A stretch of DNA of 64,000 nt, taken from NCBI GenBank assembly GCA_965231095.1, contig OZ246416.1, positions 50,938-114,937 of the forward strand. The letters are read 5' to 3'. Positions 9,648-20,517 of the stretch are shown in pieces. Made by a program: the position numbers and the translations under genes. Within the stretch, counting starts at the first letter, position 1, and every line of letters starts with the position of its first letter. The notes beneath the pieces are model-generated. The model saw only the letters and a list, made by a program, of their open reading frames with translations. It searched no databases and was not told where the DNA came from. The DNA comes from an uncultured Gammaproteobacteria bacterium. Lineage in GTDB: Bacteria > Patescibacteriota > Patescibacteriia > XYB2-FULL-38-15.

Positions 9648-10997
9648 ATGTCCATAAATTCATCAATTTTTAAGGCTTACGATATCCGCGGGATTTACCC
9701 CGAAGATTTGAATGAAGAGGTAGTATACCGTATTGGCCGGGCGGCGGTTGTTATTACCGGCGCGAAAACCGTGGTGATTGGACGTGATGTCCGCGCTTCG
9801 TCGGACGCCCTTTTTGAATCATTGGCAAAAGGCGTAATGGAACAGGGGGCAAATGTGGTTGATATTGGAGTTGTGACCACTCCAATGTTGAATTTTGCGG
9901 TGGGTGAATATAAGGAGCATGAGGCGGGGATTATGGTGACCGCTTCGCATAATCCGAAAGAATATAATGGTTTAAAATTGTGTTATGAAAATACTTTGCC
10001 AATCGGTGAAAATACGGGCATGGCCGAGCTTGCACGGGCGGCCACGGAAGAGAATTTTCCCGCTGCGCCGACTGTTGGTAAATTGGTAAAAAAAGAAATC
10101 TTGAATGCTTATATAGAAAAAGTTTTAAGTTTGGTGGATGTTAAAAAAATCAAACCGTTAAAAGTTGTGGTGGATACGGCGAACGCGGTGGGGGCGGTTC
10201 CATTGCCCGAAATTTTTAAAAAAATTCCGTGTAAATTAATCCCGCTATATTTTGAACTTGACGGAAATTTTCCAAATCATGAAGCCAATCCGCTGAAAGA
10301 AGAAACTTTGGAAGATTTAAAAAAGAAAGTTTTAGAAGAAGGGGCGGATCTTGGCGTGGCAATTGACGGCGACGCCGACCGGATTGGTTTTGTTGATGAA
10401 AAAGGGAACACTGTGCGCGCTGATTTGATTTCAACTTTGATTGCCAAAGAGTTATTACGGGAAAAACCGGGAGAATTAATTTTATATGATGTGCGTTCAA
10501 GTCTGGTAGTTCGTGAAGAAGTTGAAAACGCTGGCGGCCGGGCGGAAATGTGCCGCGTCGGCCACGCCCCAATAAAAAAACAAATGTGGGATCATGGCGC
10601 GCTTTTTGCCGGGGAATTTTCTTCGCATTTTTATTATCGGGATTTTTATAACGTGGAATCCGGAGATCTGACCATGTTGAAATTATTGGAAATTATTAGC
10701 GAGTCCGGGAAAAATTTTAGAGATATTGTCGCGCCGCTTAATCGGTATTTTCATTCCGGAGAAATAAATTTTAAAGTGAGTGATAAGACGGGAAAAATGA
10801 AAGAATTAGAAAAAAAATATGGCGCCGCGGCAAAAGAAGTTTCTCATCTTGACGGAATTCGTTTGGATTTTTCTGATTGGTGGTTTAATGTCCGGCCGTC
10901 AAATACTGAACCGCTTTTAAGATTAAATTTGGAAGCAAAAACAAAAGAAATGATGGAGGAAAAGAAAAAAGAATTAACAGAGTTTATCAACAAATAA
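9648..10997 (+). CDS. Phosphomannomutase/phosphoglucomutase
   Basis: FKAYDIRG, TASHNP, DGDADR, GEFSSH, VRPSNTEP. Confidence 0.95.
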   Translation: MSINSSIFKAYDIRGIYPEDLNEEVVYRIGRAAVVITGAKTVVIGRDVRASSDALFESLAKGVMEQGANVVDIGVVTTPMLNFAVGEYKEHEAGIMVTASHNPKEYNGLKLCYENTLPIGENTGMAELARAATEENFPAAPTVGKLVKKEILNAYIEKVLSLVDVKKIKPLKVVVDTANAVGAVPLPEIFKKIPCKLIPLYFELDGNFPNHEANPLKEETLEDLKKKVLEEGADLGVAIDGDADRIGFVDEKGNTVRADLISTLIAKELLREKPGELILYDVRSSLVVREEVENAGGRAEMCRVGHAPIKKQMWDHGALFAGEFSSHFYYRDFYNVESGDLTMLKLLEIISESGKNFRDIVAPLNRYFHSGEINFKVSDKTGKMKELEKKYGAAAKEVSHLDGIRLDFSDWWFNVRPSNTEPLLRLNLEAKTKEMMEEKKKELTEFINK

Positions 10998-10999
10998 TT

Positions 11000-11785
11000 A
11001 TGATTGGAGTTTTTGATTCGGGTGTTGGCGGCCTGACGGTGGTGCGCGAGATAATTAAAAAATTACCGGATTACAAAATTATTTATTTCGGCGACACGGC
11101 GCGAACTCCGTATGGCACTAAAAGCAAAGAGACAATTATAAAATACGCCCGCGAAGACGCTAAATTTTTATTGGATCACGGCGCGAAAATAATTGTTATC
11201 GCTTGTAATACCGCCTCGGCCGTGGCGGCGGAGGTTTTGCAGGAAGAATTAAATGTTCCAGTTTTTGAAGTGATTATCCCGGCCGTTTCGGCGGCAGTTT
11301 CCGCGACGCGCGGGAAAATCGGGGTGATTGGGACGCGAGCCACGATTAGAAGCGGCGTTTACGAGGAAATGATAAAAAAAGAAAATAAAAATATAGAGGT
11401 GGAAAGCCAAGCCTGTCCGCTTCTTGTGCCGCTCGTGGAAGAAGCTTGGTTAAACCAGCCGGAAACGAAAAAAATTGTTAGAAAATATCTTCAGCCGTTA
11501 AAAAATAAGCAGATTGATACGTTAATTTTGGGCTGTACGCATTATCCGGTTTTAAAAAATATTATTAAAACGCGGATCGGCCGGAAGGTTAAATTGGTGG
11601 ATTCGGCCGAAGAGGTGGTGGGTAATTTAGAAAAATTTTTGGCGAAAAATAGCGAGGTAGAAAAAAGTTTGGAGAAAGATGGTGAACATAAATTTTTTGT
11701 TTCCGACTTGACGGAGCAGGTGCCGAAAATCGCGGAGAAGTTACTTGGCAGAGCGGTAAAATTTGAAAAAGCGGAAGTGGGGTAA
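11000..11785 (+). CDS. murI: Glutamate racemase
   Basis: IGVFDSGVGGLTV, IACNTAS, LGCTHYP. Confidence 0.97.
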   Translation: MIGVFDSGVGGLTVVREIIKKLPDYKIIYFGDTARTPYGTKSKETIIKYAREDAKFLLDHGAKIIVIACNTASAVAAEVLQEELNVPVFEVIIPAVSAAVSATRGKIGVIGTRATIRSGVYEEMIKKENKNIEVESQACPLLVPLVEEAWLNQPETKKIVRKYLQPLKNKQIDTLILGCTHYPVLKNIIKTRIGRKVKLVDSAEEVVGNLEKFLAKNSEVEKSLEKDGEHKFFVSDLTEQVPKIAEKLLGRAVKFEKAEVG

Positions 11786-11832
11786 ATAATTTAAAGATGA
11801 TCATAAATCATAATTTTTAATAAAATAAAAAA

Positions 11833-12942
11833 ATGTTTCTTACTATAATCGTTTTTATCCTAATCCTCGGCCTTCTCGTTTTTGTCCACGAGCTTGGTCA
11901 TTTTGTCGCCGCGAGAAAAAACGGCGTAAAGGTTGAGGAATTTGGTTTTGGTTTTCCTCCGAGAATTTTTGGGATAAAAAGGGGAGACACAATTTATTCC
12001 TTAAATTGGATACCGCTCGGAGGTTTTGTAAAAATTAAAGGTGAAGGAGGAGAAAACAGGGAAGATGAGGACAGTTTTTCTCATAAAAAAATTTGGCGGC
12101 GCGCGGTAATTTTGGCGGCGGGAGTTTTGATGAATTTTATTTTGGCGGCCGTTCTTTTGTCCATCGGTTTTATGGTCGGCTTGCCTCAAGTGGTTGACGG
12201 AGAAAATGGTTATGCCAAAGTTAAAGACGCTAAAGTTCAAGTTGTCCAGATTTTAGAGGGGACGCCGGCCTCAGAGGCGGGGGTGGCGGTGGGAGATGCG
12301 ATTTTAGAAATTGATGGGCAAACCTTGGAAGAAGTTGAAACCATGCAAAATTATCTCGCGGGAAAAATTGACGCGCCGGTGAAATTTGTTTTGGAAAGAG
12401 ACGGGCAAAAAATTGAAAAGGAAATCAGTCCGACGTTTTTGATTGAAACCGGCCGCGGGGGAATTGGCGTGGGGCTTATAAAAACCGGAATAGTTTCTTA
12501 TCCTTGGTATTTATCTTTATGGAAAGGGGCGGAGAGCGCGGTTTTGTTCACCGGAGAAGTGGTGGTCGCTTTTTATGAATTAATTAAAAATTTAATTGTC
12601 ACGCAAAAAGTTTCCGTTGATCTCTCGGGTCCGGTCGGTATCGCGGTTTTGACCGGACAAGTGGCGAGAATGGGAATAATTTATCTTTTGCAATTTACAG
12701 CGCTGCTCTCTATAAATTTAGCAGTGATAAATTTTTTGCCGTTTCCGGCGTTGGATGGCGGAAGAATTTTATTTTTGATAATTGAAAAAATTCGCCGCAA
12801 GCCGGTCAGCCAAAAAATTGAAAATTTAGTTCATAATATTGGTTTTGGCCTTCTGATGCTTTTAGTGCTGCTCGTCACTTATCGCGATGTTATAAAATTT
12901 AGCGATAAATTTGTGGGATTGTGGGATAAAATCGTAAAATAA
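11833..12942 (+). CDS. rseP: RIP metalloprotease RseP (M50)
   Basis: HELGH, PDZ domain, NFLPFPALDGG. Confidence 0.95.
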   Translation: MFLTIIVFILILGLLVFVHELGHFVAARKNGVKVEEFGFGFPPRIFGIKRGDTIYSLNWIPLGGFVKIKGEGGENREDEDSFSHKKIWRRAVILAAGVLMNFILAAVLLSIGFMVGLPQVVDGENGYAKVKDAKVQVVQILEGTPASEAGVAVGDAILEIDGQTLEEVETMQNYLAGKIDAPVKFVLERDGQKIEKEISPTFLIETGRGGIGVGLIKTGIVSYPWYLSLWKGAESAVLFTGEVVVAFYELIKNLIVTQKVSVDLSGPVGIAVLTGQVARMGIIYLLQFTALLSINLAVINFLPFPALDGGRILFLIIEKIRRKPVSQKIENLVHNIGFGLLMLLVLLVTYRDVIKFSDKFVGLWDKIVK

Positions 12943-12946
12943 TTAT

Positions 12947-13972
12947 ATGATGCAAGAAAACCTTCAACAATTAAAGGCGCGGGCATTGGATGAAATTAAA
13001 AAAATCGGCGACCAAAATCAGCTGCAAAGTTTGGAAATTAAGTATCTCGGCCGAAAAGGGGAGCTGACAAAAATTTTGCGGACGGTCGGCGAATTGCCGG
13101 CGGAAGAACGCGGAAAAATGGGAGATCTTGCAAATCAGGTGAAGCAAGTTTTGGCGAGCGAAATTGGGCGAGTAAAAAAATCTCTCGGCGAAAAAAGTGG
13201 CGGGGTGACAGATGAAAAAGAATGGATTGATGTGACTGCTTCAAAAACGAGCGACGGTTTTGGCCATTTAAATCCGGTTTCTAAAATTCAGTATGAATTA
13301 GAAGATATTTTTTCTTCTATGGGTTTTATGGTTTTGGACGGCCCGGAACTGGAATCGGAATATTATAATTTTGAGGCGCTGAATATTCCCTCCTGGCATC
13401 CGGCGCGGGAAATGCAAGATACTTTTTACGTTGAAGGTGATGGACTCCTGATGCGCACACAGACTTCGGCGATGCAAGTGCGGGCCATGGAAAAATATGG
13501 AGCGCCACTTCGGGCGATTGTGCCCGGCCGCTGTTTTAGAAATGAGGCGACTGATGCCCGTCATGAACATACATTTTATCAATTTGAAGGCTTTATGGTT
13601 GATAAAAATATTTCTTTTGCCAACTTAAAAGCAGTTTTGGAAGTGGTGGCAAGAAAATTATATGGTCCGGAAACAAAAATGCGCTTGCGGCCAAAATATT
13701 TTCCTTTTGTTGAGCCAGGAGTAAATGGTGAAGTGACCTGTTTTTTGTGCCACGGAAAAGGTTGCCGGCTTTGTAAAAATACCGGATGGTTGGAAATTTT
13801 TGGCGCGGGCTTAATTCATCCAAATGTTTTGAAAGCGGGCGGAATCAATCCGGAAAAATGGAGTGGGTTTGCTTTTGGTTTTGGGCTGACGCGGCTCGCA
13901 ATGCTAAAATATGGTATTGATGACGTTAGATTATTTTGTAGCGGAGATATTAGGTTTTTAAATCAATTTTAA
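12947..13972 (+). CDS. pheS: Phenylalanine-tRNA ligase alpha subunit
   Basis: HPAREMQDTFY, YFPFVEP, CFLC..CRLC, GFAFGFG. Confidence 0.97.
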   Translation: MMQENLQQLKARALDEIKKIGDQNQLQSLEIKYLGRKGELTKILRTVGELPAEERGKMGDLANQVKQVLASEIGRVKKSLGEKSGGVTDEKEWIDVTASKTSDGFGHLNPVSKIQYELEDIFSSMGFMVLDGPELESEYYNFEALNIPSWHPAREMQDTFYVEGDGLLMRTQTSAMQVRAMEKYGAPLRAIVPGRCFRNEATDARHEHTFYQFEGFMVDKNISFANLKAVLEVVARKLYGPETKMRLRPKYFPFVEPGVNGEVTCFLCHGKGCRLCKNTGWLEIFGAGLIHPNVLKAGGINPEKWSGFAFGFGLTRLAMLKYGIDDVRLFCSGDIRFLNQF

Positions 13973-13975
13973 TAT

Positions 13976-16408
13976 ATGAAAATATCTTTAAATTGGCTGA
14001 AAGATTTTGTAAGCGTTTCCAAAAATGTTACGCCGGAAATTTTGGCGTCAAAATTAATGCTCGTGACAACGGAAATTGAAGGAATGGAAAAACGCGGTGA
14101 GGTTTTGGATAAATTAATTGTGGGATATGTCGAAAGCCGAGAGAAACATCCGAATGCCGACCGGCTTTCCGTGACAAAAGTTGATGTTGGTGGCGGGAAA
14201 ATTTTGACGATTGTTTGCGGCGCACCAAACGTCGCGGCCGGACAAAAAGTAGTCGTGGCCTTGCCGGGAGTAACTTTGCCGAATGGTCTCACATTGGAAC
14301 GGCGGGAAGTTCGAGGAATCGTGTCAGAGGGTATGATCTGCTCAGCAGACGAAGTGGGCCTTGGCCCGTCGTCGCACTCCGGGATTTTGGTTTTAAATCC
14401 TTCGGCAAAAGTCGGGACAAAAGTGAGCGAAGTAATGCCCTCGAAAGATGTAATTTATGAAATTGACAATAAATCACTTTCTCATCGAAGCGATCTTTGG
14501 GGACATTATGGTTTGGCGCGGGAAGTGGCGGCGATTCTTGGGCAGAAATTTAAAGAATATAAAATTAAGAAAGCAAAAACGGCGGCGAAGTCCTCAATAA
14601 AATTTGATGTTAAAGTTCAAAATAAAAAATTGTGTCCAAGGTATCTCGGCGTTGTCGTGGAAAATATTAGCGTCGGTCCGTCGCCCGCGTGGCTTGCCGC
14701 GAGATTGGAGGCGGTTGGGGTTCGTTCTATTAATAATATTGTGGATATTACAAATTATGTAATGTTGGAATTTGGCCAGCCGATGCATGCATTTGATTTT
14801 GATAAAATTGGTGACGCGAAACAAAGAACAATTGTGGTTCGGGAAGCAAAAGAGGGAGAAAATTTGACCACGCTTGACGGCGCGCAAAGAAAATTAGATA
14901 AATCCATGCTCGTGATCGCCGATAATAAAAAGGCAGTGGCGATTGCCGGAGTGATGGGCGGGGCAAACAGTGAGGTTGATGAAAAAACCACGGCCATTAT
15001 TTTGGAAGCGGCAAATTTTGATTTTGTCAGTGTCAGAAAAGCTTCAATGAAATTGGGTTTGCGGTCCGAGGCTTCGATCCGTTTTGAAAAAGGACTGGAC
15101 CCGGATCTGGCGGAAATGGGAATGGCGCGGGCGATTGAGCTTATTTTGAAAGTTATGCCCGGAGCAAAACTCGGCGGAAAAATTATTGACGTGAAAAATT
15201 TTAAATTAAATCAGGGTCCGATAAAATTGAGCTTGGATTATTTGGATAAAAAAATCGGCGAAACAATTCCGCCGGCAAAAGTGGTAAGTATTTTAAAATC
15301 TCTAGGTTTTGGAGTGACAAAAGTTGGAAAAAATTTAAATGTTAAAATTCCGAGCTGGCGGGCGACGGGTGATATTAAAATTACCGAAGATTTGATTGAA
15401 GAAGTGGCGCGGGTTTATGGGTACGATAATATCCCGGGAAAAATGCCGGAAGTATCAATGTCGGCGCCGGAAGAAAATCGCGCGCGAAAAGCGGAACGGA
15501 TGGTAAAAAATATTTTGGCCGCTGGGCTCGGGATGACCGAAGTTTATAATTATTCTTTTACCGAGGAAAAGGTTGTAAGAAAATTTGGGCTTAATCCGGC
15601 CGAACATATTAAATTAAAAAATTCCATCAATAAAAATTTAACTCATCTGCGGCAGAGTTTGATTCCCGGGCTGGTGGAAAATATCTCTACCAACCAATAT
15701 TTTGCCGACGAAGTTAGAATTTTTGAAATGGGAAAAATTTTCTTCCGCGAATTGGGAGAATTAAAAAAAGACGGAAAAGGCGCCGAACGTCTGAGCCGGC
15801 AGGATGAATCTTTAGCCGGGATGATTTTGGCAAAAAATAATGAGACCCCGTTTTATGAAGCAAAAGCCGCAGCCGAAGAGATTTTAAACGCCTTGCACAT
15901 CGCGCATAAATTTGAAATTTGGCAAAAAGATTTGCCGACTTGGGCGAACGGGGCGAGAACCGCGAAGATTGTGGCCGGCGGAAGGACGCTGGGAGTTGTG
16001 AGCGAACTTGCGACGGGAGTGCAACAGAGCTCGGGCATCCGGCATCGGGTTGGAATTTTTGGCATGAATTGGTTGAATCTGGTAGAATTACATAAAGAGG
16101 CCGTGGTCTATAAGCCGATTCCTAAATATCCGGGCGTCGAGCTTGATTTGGCGATTTTAGTGCCAAGAAAAACGGTTTGGAATGATGTTTTGAAAAATAT
16201 TTTTGAAACGGAAAATAAATTAGTAAAAGAAGTTAAACTTTTTGATGTTTATGAGGGCAGGGGAATGGAGCCGGGGAAAAAGAGTTTGGCTTTCAGGGTT
16301 GTTTATCTCTCGGACGAGAGGACATTGAAACTTGAAGAGGTAAAAAATGTGGAACAAAAAATCATTAAAAAGTTGGAGCAGAAATTTGGCGCAAAGTTGA
16401 GAAGTTAA
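13976..16408 (+). CDS. pheT: Phenylalanine-tRNA ligase beta subunit
   Basis: HPNADRL, IVCGAPNV, NNIVDITNYV, RFEKG, FDX-ACB C-terminus. Confidence 0.97.
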   Translation: MKISLNWLKDFVSVSKNVTPEILASKLMLVTTEIEGMEKRGEVLDKLIVGYVESREKHPNADRLSVTKVDVGGGKILTIVCGAPNVAAGQKVVVALPGVTLPNGLTLERREVRGIVSEGMICSADEVGLGPSSHSGILVLNPSAKVGTKVSEVMPSKDVIYEIDNKSLSHRSDLWGHYGLAREVAAILGQKFKEYKIKKAKTAAKSSIKFDVKVQNKKLCPRYLGVVVENISVGPSPAWLAARLEAVGVRSINNIVDITNYVMLEFGQPMHAFDFDKIGDAKQRTIVVREAKEGENLTTLDGAQRKLDKSMLVIADNKKAVAIAGVMGGANSEVDEKTTAIILEAANFDFVSVRKASMKLGLRSEASIRFEKGLDPDLAEMGMARAIELILKVMPGAKLGGKIIDVKNFKLNQGPIKLSLDYLDKKIGETIPPAKVVSILKSLGFGVTKVGKNLNVKIPSWRATGDIKITEDLIEEVARVYGYDNIPGKMPEVSMSAPEENRARKAERMVKNILAAGLGMTEVYNYSFTEEKVVRKFGLNPAEHIKLKNSINKNLTHLRQSLIPGLVENISTNQYFADEVRIFEMGKIFFRELGELKKDGKGAERLSRQDESLAGMILAKNNETPFYEAKAAAEEILNALHIAHKFEIWQKDLPTWANGARTAKIVAGGRTLGVVSELATGVQQSSGIRHRVGIFGMNWLNLVELHKEAVVYKPIPKYPGVELDLAILVPRKTVWNDVLKNIFETENKLVKEVKLFDVYEGRGMEPGKKSLAFRVVYLSDERTLKLEEVKNVEQKIIKKLEQKFGAKLRS

Positions 16409-16444
16409 TTATATAATTTAAATAATTAATTTGTAGGGGGAAAT

Positions 16445-16726
16445 ATGATTGAGACAAGTAAAGATTTACTTTACGTAGTTTTGGCTTTTTCGGTTTTGTG
16501 GCTGACGATTTTTCTTTCCTGGATGCTTTACTATGTTATAATGATGCTACGTCAGACAAACCAGGCGGTAAAACATTTCCGCGAAAAAATGGAAAAAGTT
16601 AGCCAGGCCGTGGAGAAAATCAAGGAGAAATTTGAAAACACCTCGGCGTATTTGGGGCTTATCGGCAAGGCCGTGGAGAAAATGGTTGAGTTTATTGGGG
16701 AGAGGAAGAAAAAATCCAGAAAGTAG
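16445..16726 (+). CDS. Small membrane-anchored coiled-coil protein
   Basis: 93 aa, one TM plus coiled coil, GGGGG SD-like upstream. Confidence 0.75.
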   Translation: MIETSKDLLYVVLAFSVLWLTIFLSWMLYYVIMMLRQTNQAVKHFREKMEKVSQAVEKIKEKFENTSAYLGLIGKAVEKMVEFIGERKKKSRK

Positions 16727-16819
16727 AAAGAGAATAAGAAGTAAGGGTTTTTAAAGTCAAAATTCCTATTTTAGTTTTTTATAATGTAAGGGGGATTTTG
16801 ACTTTTGAGTTTTATAAAT

Positions 16820-19800
16820 ATGTTTGTCCATCTCCACACCCACAGCCACTACTCTCTGCTTGACGGCTTGGCAAAACTTGATGATTTGATTGCCAAAGCC
16901 AAAGCAGAAAAGATGCCGGCGCTGGCCTTAACCGATCACGGCGTGATGTATGGTGTGGTTGAATTTTATCAAAAATGTCGGGCGGCCGGCGTAAAACCGA
17001 TTTTGGGAGTGGAGGCGTATCTCGCGAGAAACGGGCGGCAGAATAAACGGGCAAGAATTGACGAACGGCCATATCACCTCGTACTCCTCGCGAAAAATAA
17101 AACCGGTTATCAAAATCTTATCAAACTGACTTCCATTGCTCATTTGGAAGGTTTTTATTATAAACCAAGAATTGATTGGGAAATTTTGGAAAAATATCAC
17201 GAAGGATTGATTGCTCTCTCGGCTTGTCTTCAGGGGGAAATTCCCGCGTCGGTTTTAAACGGTGATTTAGAAAAAACTAAAGAATTAATTTTAAAATATC
17301 AAAATCTTTTTGGTCCGGAAAATTTTTATTTGGAAATACAGCACCATCCCTCAAGCGAAGAACAAAAAGTTGTAAATCGTGAGTTAATAAATTTTTCTAA
17401 AACCTTGGGCGTGCCGCTTGTCGCGACCAATGATATTCATTATTTAAACTCAGAAGACGCCGAAGCGCAGGATGTTTTGCTTTGCCTTCAGACTAAAAGA
17501 AAAATTAATGAAAAGGATAGAATGTGCATGTTGGGTGAAGATTATTCAATGCGACCGACAGAGCAGATGGAGAGAGATTTTAGCGCGACACCGGAGGCAA
17601 TCGCGAACACCGCAAAAGTTGCCGAGATGTGCAACGTGGAATTGGAGCTTGGGAAAATAATGTTGCCGCACTTTGAAGTGCCGGACGGGAAAACGGCGAA
17701 TGTTTACCTCCGTGAATTATGCGAGAAGGGTTTGGAAAAAAGATATGGGATTGTCCGTGATGGCGAAGAATTTATGGTGAAAGATGGCGCGGGAGAAGTG
17801 GATGTGAATAAAGTTATTGAAAGATTAAATTATGAATTGGGAGTAATTGATAAAACCGGATTTGCATCTTACTTTTTAATTGTTCAGGATTTTGTTAATT
17901 GGGCGAAAAATAATGGAATTGTTGTCGGGCCGGGACGTGGGTCGGCTGCCGGATCAATCGTGTCCTATTTAACAAACATTACAAACATTGATCCGTTGCT
18001 TTACAATTTGCTTTTTGAAAGATTTTTGAATCCGGAAAGAATCAGCATGCCTGATATTGATTTGGATTTTACCGACACCAGGCGCGACGAAGTTATCCGT
18101 TATGTGGAAGGAAAATACGGCCGTGATCATGTGGCGCAGATTATTACTTTTGGAACAATGGCCGCGCGCGCCGCGATCCGCGATGTCGGGCGCGTATTGG
18201 ATTTTCCGTATGGTTTTTGCGATCAGTTAGCAAAATTAATCCCCATGATGTTTACGCTTGATGAAGCTCTAAAAAATATTTTGGAATTTAAGGAAGTATA
18301 CGACAAAGATGTCGGCGCGAAAAAATTAATTGATACGGCGCGAAAATTGGAAGGAGTGGCACGCCACGCTTCAACTCATGCTTGTGGGGTTGTAATTACA
18401 AAAAATCCGCTGGATCACCACACGCCGCTGCAGTTCGCGAGTAGCGGCGACCAGACTATTGTTTCCCAATATTCTCTGCATCCGATTGAAGATTTGGGAC
18501 TTTTGAAAATGGACTTTTTGGGATTGAAAAATTTAACCATTTTGGAAAATACGCTGGGAATTATTGAAAAAATTCATGGTGAAAAAATTCACACGGAAAC
18601 AATTCCGCTGCAAGATGAAAAAACATTTGCGCTTTTGCGAAAAGGGGACACGACGGGTGTGTTCCAATTAGAATCCTCGGGCATGAAAAGATATTTGCGC
18701 GAGTTGAAACCGACAATTTTTGAAGACATCATTGCCATGGTTGCGCTCTATCGGCCGGGACCGATGGACTGGATACCGAGTTTTATTGCCGGGAAAAATT
18801 CAAATAAAAAAATAAAATATCTTCATCCAAAATTGGAGCCGATTTTGGCGACGACGCATGGCATCGCTGTTTATCAAGAACAAGTTTTGCAAATCGCCCG
18901 CGATCTCGCCGGCTTCACTCTTGGCGAAGCGGATATTTTGCGTAAAGCTGTCGGTAAAAAAATCGCCAAACTCCTGGCCGAACAAAAAGAAAAATTTATT
19001 AATGGTTGTATAAAAAATGGCATCAGTAAAGAAACGGCGGAAAATGTTTTTGCTTTTATTGAACCCTTCGCCGGTTATGGTTTTAATCGGTCGCACGCCG
19101 CCTGCTACGCGCGAATTGCTTATGAAACGGCATATTTCAAGGCAAATTATCCGGCCGAATTTATGGCCTCGCTTTTGACTTCAGACCAAGGGGACATTGA
19201 GCGCATCGCTGTTTTGGTTGAAGAATGCAAGCAGATGAAGTTGGAAGTTTTGCCGCCGGATATTAATGAAAGTTTTTCCACTTTTACGGTTGTGGCTGCA
19301 TCCCTCGCCGAAGGCCGGCCGCGCATCAGGTTTGGACTTTTGGCCGTGAAAAATGTTGGAGAAAATATTGTTAAAACGATAATTCATGAAAGAAAAGCAA
19401 ATGGGCCGTATAAAAATTTGGAAGATTTTCTGACGAGAGTCCAGACAAAAGATTTAAATAAAAAATCTTTGGAAAGTTTGATAAAATGCGGGGCGTTGGA
19501 TTTTTTTGGTGAGAGAAATCAGATGCTTCATAATTCGGACAGGCTACTTGATTTTACAAAAGATTTGGGGCGCGAAGCGGCGAGCCAGCAGACAAGTTTA
19601 TTTGGAATGATGGCGACGTCGTCGGGCGTTCCGACGCTACGGCTTGACCCCGCACCTGAGGCGACGAAAGAAGAAAAACTTTCTTGGGAAAAAGAACATC
19701 TTGGATTATACATCAGTGAGCATCCTTTAACCGAGTTTGCGCCCAGTCTCCGGGAAATTGTTGTGGCGTGTTCGGCGCTAAACCAATGTCCGCCCAATAC

Positions 19801-20413
19801 AAAAATAAAAATTGCCGGAGTGATCAATGATGTTAAAAAAGTAATTACGCGAAGCGGTGAGCCGATGATGTTTGCCAAAGTGGAAGATCTGGGCGGTTCC
19901 ACAGAACTTTTAATTTTTCCTAAAACGTTAAAAAATTTAAGCGACGTTTTTCATGTTGGAAAAATGATTCTGGCGGGCGGCCGGCTATCGGATAAAGACG
20001 GGGAGATGAAATTGATTTGTGAAGACGCGAAAGAAATAAATAAAAATAATATCACGGAAGTCGTAAGAAACGCAGGAAAAACAAACGGAAATTTTTATCA
20101 TACGGCTCGATCGGCCGAAGAAAACGGCGCGGCAAAAATTCAAAATGGCCTCGGCGCCCCGCCGGCTTCCGAAATTTTAAATTGTCCCAAGGCCGTGTGT
20201 ATTCGGATAAATTCTTTGGGCGCGGAAACAACGCAAAAATTAAAAGAGATATTTTTTCAATACAAGGGAGAACATAGGGTAGTGCTCTCGGTTTTAAGCC
20301 CTGACGGCAGAAAAAAAATTCAGACAGATTATGCCGTTTCTCCAAACGACGAATGCCGCGCGGCTCTTGAAGCGATAATCGGCAAGGGGAATTTACAGGT
20401 TTTGACAAGTTAG
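16820..20413 (+). CDS. dnaE: DNA polymerase III alpha subunit
   Basis: PHP domain HLHTHS, GRGSAAGS, MPDIDLD, YGFNRSH, OB fold; no intein seen. Confidence 0.97.
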   Translation: MFVHLHTHSHYSLLDGLAKLDDLIAKAKAEKMPALALTDHGVMYGVVEFYQKCRAAGVKPILGVEAYLARNGRQNKRARIDERPYHLVLLAKNKTGYQNLIKLTSIAHLEGFYYKPRIDWEILEKYHEGLIALSACLQGEIPASVLNGDLEKTKELILKYQNLFGPENFYLEIQHHPSSEEQKVVNRELINFSKTLGVPLVATNDIHYLNSEDAEAQDVLLCLQTKRKINEKDRMCMLGEDYSMRPTEQMERDFSATPEAIANTAKVAEMCNVELELGKIMLPHFEVPDGKTANVYLRELCEKGLEKRYGIVRDGEEFMVKDGAGEVDVNKVIERLNYELGVIDKTGFASYFLIVQDFVNWAKNNGIVVGPGRGSAAGSIVSYLTNITNIDPLLYNLLFERFLNPERISMPDIDLDFTDTRRDEVIRYVEGKYGRDHVAQIITFGTMAARAAIRDVGRVLDFPYGFCDQLAKLIPMMFTLDEALKNILEFKEVYDKDVGAKKLIDTARKLEGVARHASTHACGVVITKNPLDHHTPLQFASSGDQTIVSQYSLHPIEDLGLLKMDFLGLKNLTILENTLGIIEKIHGEKIHTETIPLQDEKTFALLRKGDTTGVFQLESSGMKRYLRELKPTIFEDIIAMVALYRPGPMDWIPSFIAGKNSNKKIKYLHPKLEPILATTHGIAVYQEQVLQIARDLAGFTLGEADILRKAVGKKIAKLLAEQKEKFINGCIKNGISKETAENVFAFIEPFAGYGFNRSHAACYARIAYETAYFKANYPAEFMASLLTSDQGDIERIAVLVEECKQMKLEVLPPDINESFSTFTVVAASLAEGRPRIRFGLLAVKNVGENIVKTIIHERKANGPYKNLEDFLTRVQTKDLNKKSLESLIKCGALDFFGERNQMLHNSDRLLDFTKDLGREAASQQTSLFGMMATSSGVPTLRLDPAPEATKEEKLSWEKEHLGLYISEHPLTEFAPSLREIVVACSALNQCPPNTKIKIAGVINDVKKVITRSGEPMMFAKVEDLGGSTELLIFPKTLKNLSDVFHVGKMILAGGRLSDKDGEMKLICEDAKEINKNNITEVVRNAGKTNGNFYHTARSAEENGAAKIQNGLGAPPASEILNCPKAVCIRINSLGAETTQKLKEIFFQYKGEHRVVLSVLSPDGRKKIQTDYAVSPNDECRAALEAIIGKGNLQVLTS

Positions 20414-20517
20414 TTTTGTTAGTGGAGTTTTACTAAAACCCCATTTTCGTGTATAATTGAATAATGTGTTTTGTTAATATTAGCTCCAAGCGGGGCTGTA
20501 ATATATTTTTTAAAAAT

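Noticed and set aside
16820-20413. Intein or split in dnaE (gyrB and recG also checked)
   Set aside because: Lengths are normal, motifs are contiguous and no intein splice motifs were seen.
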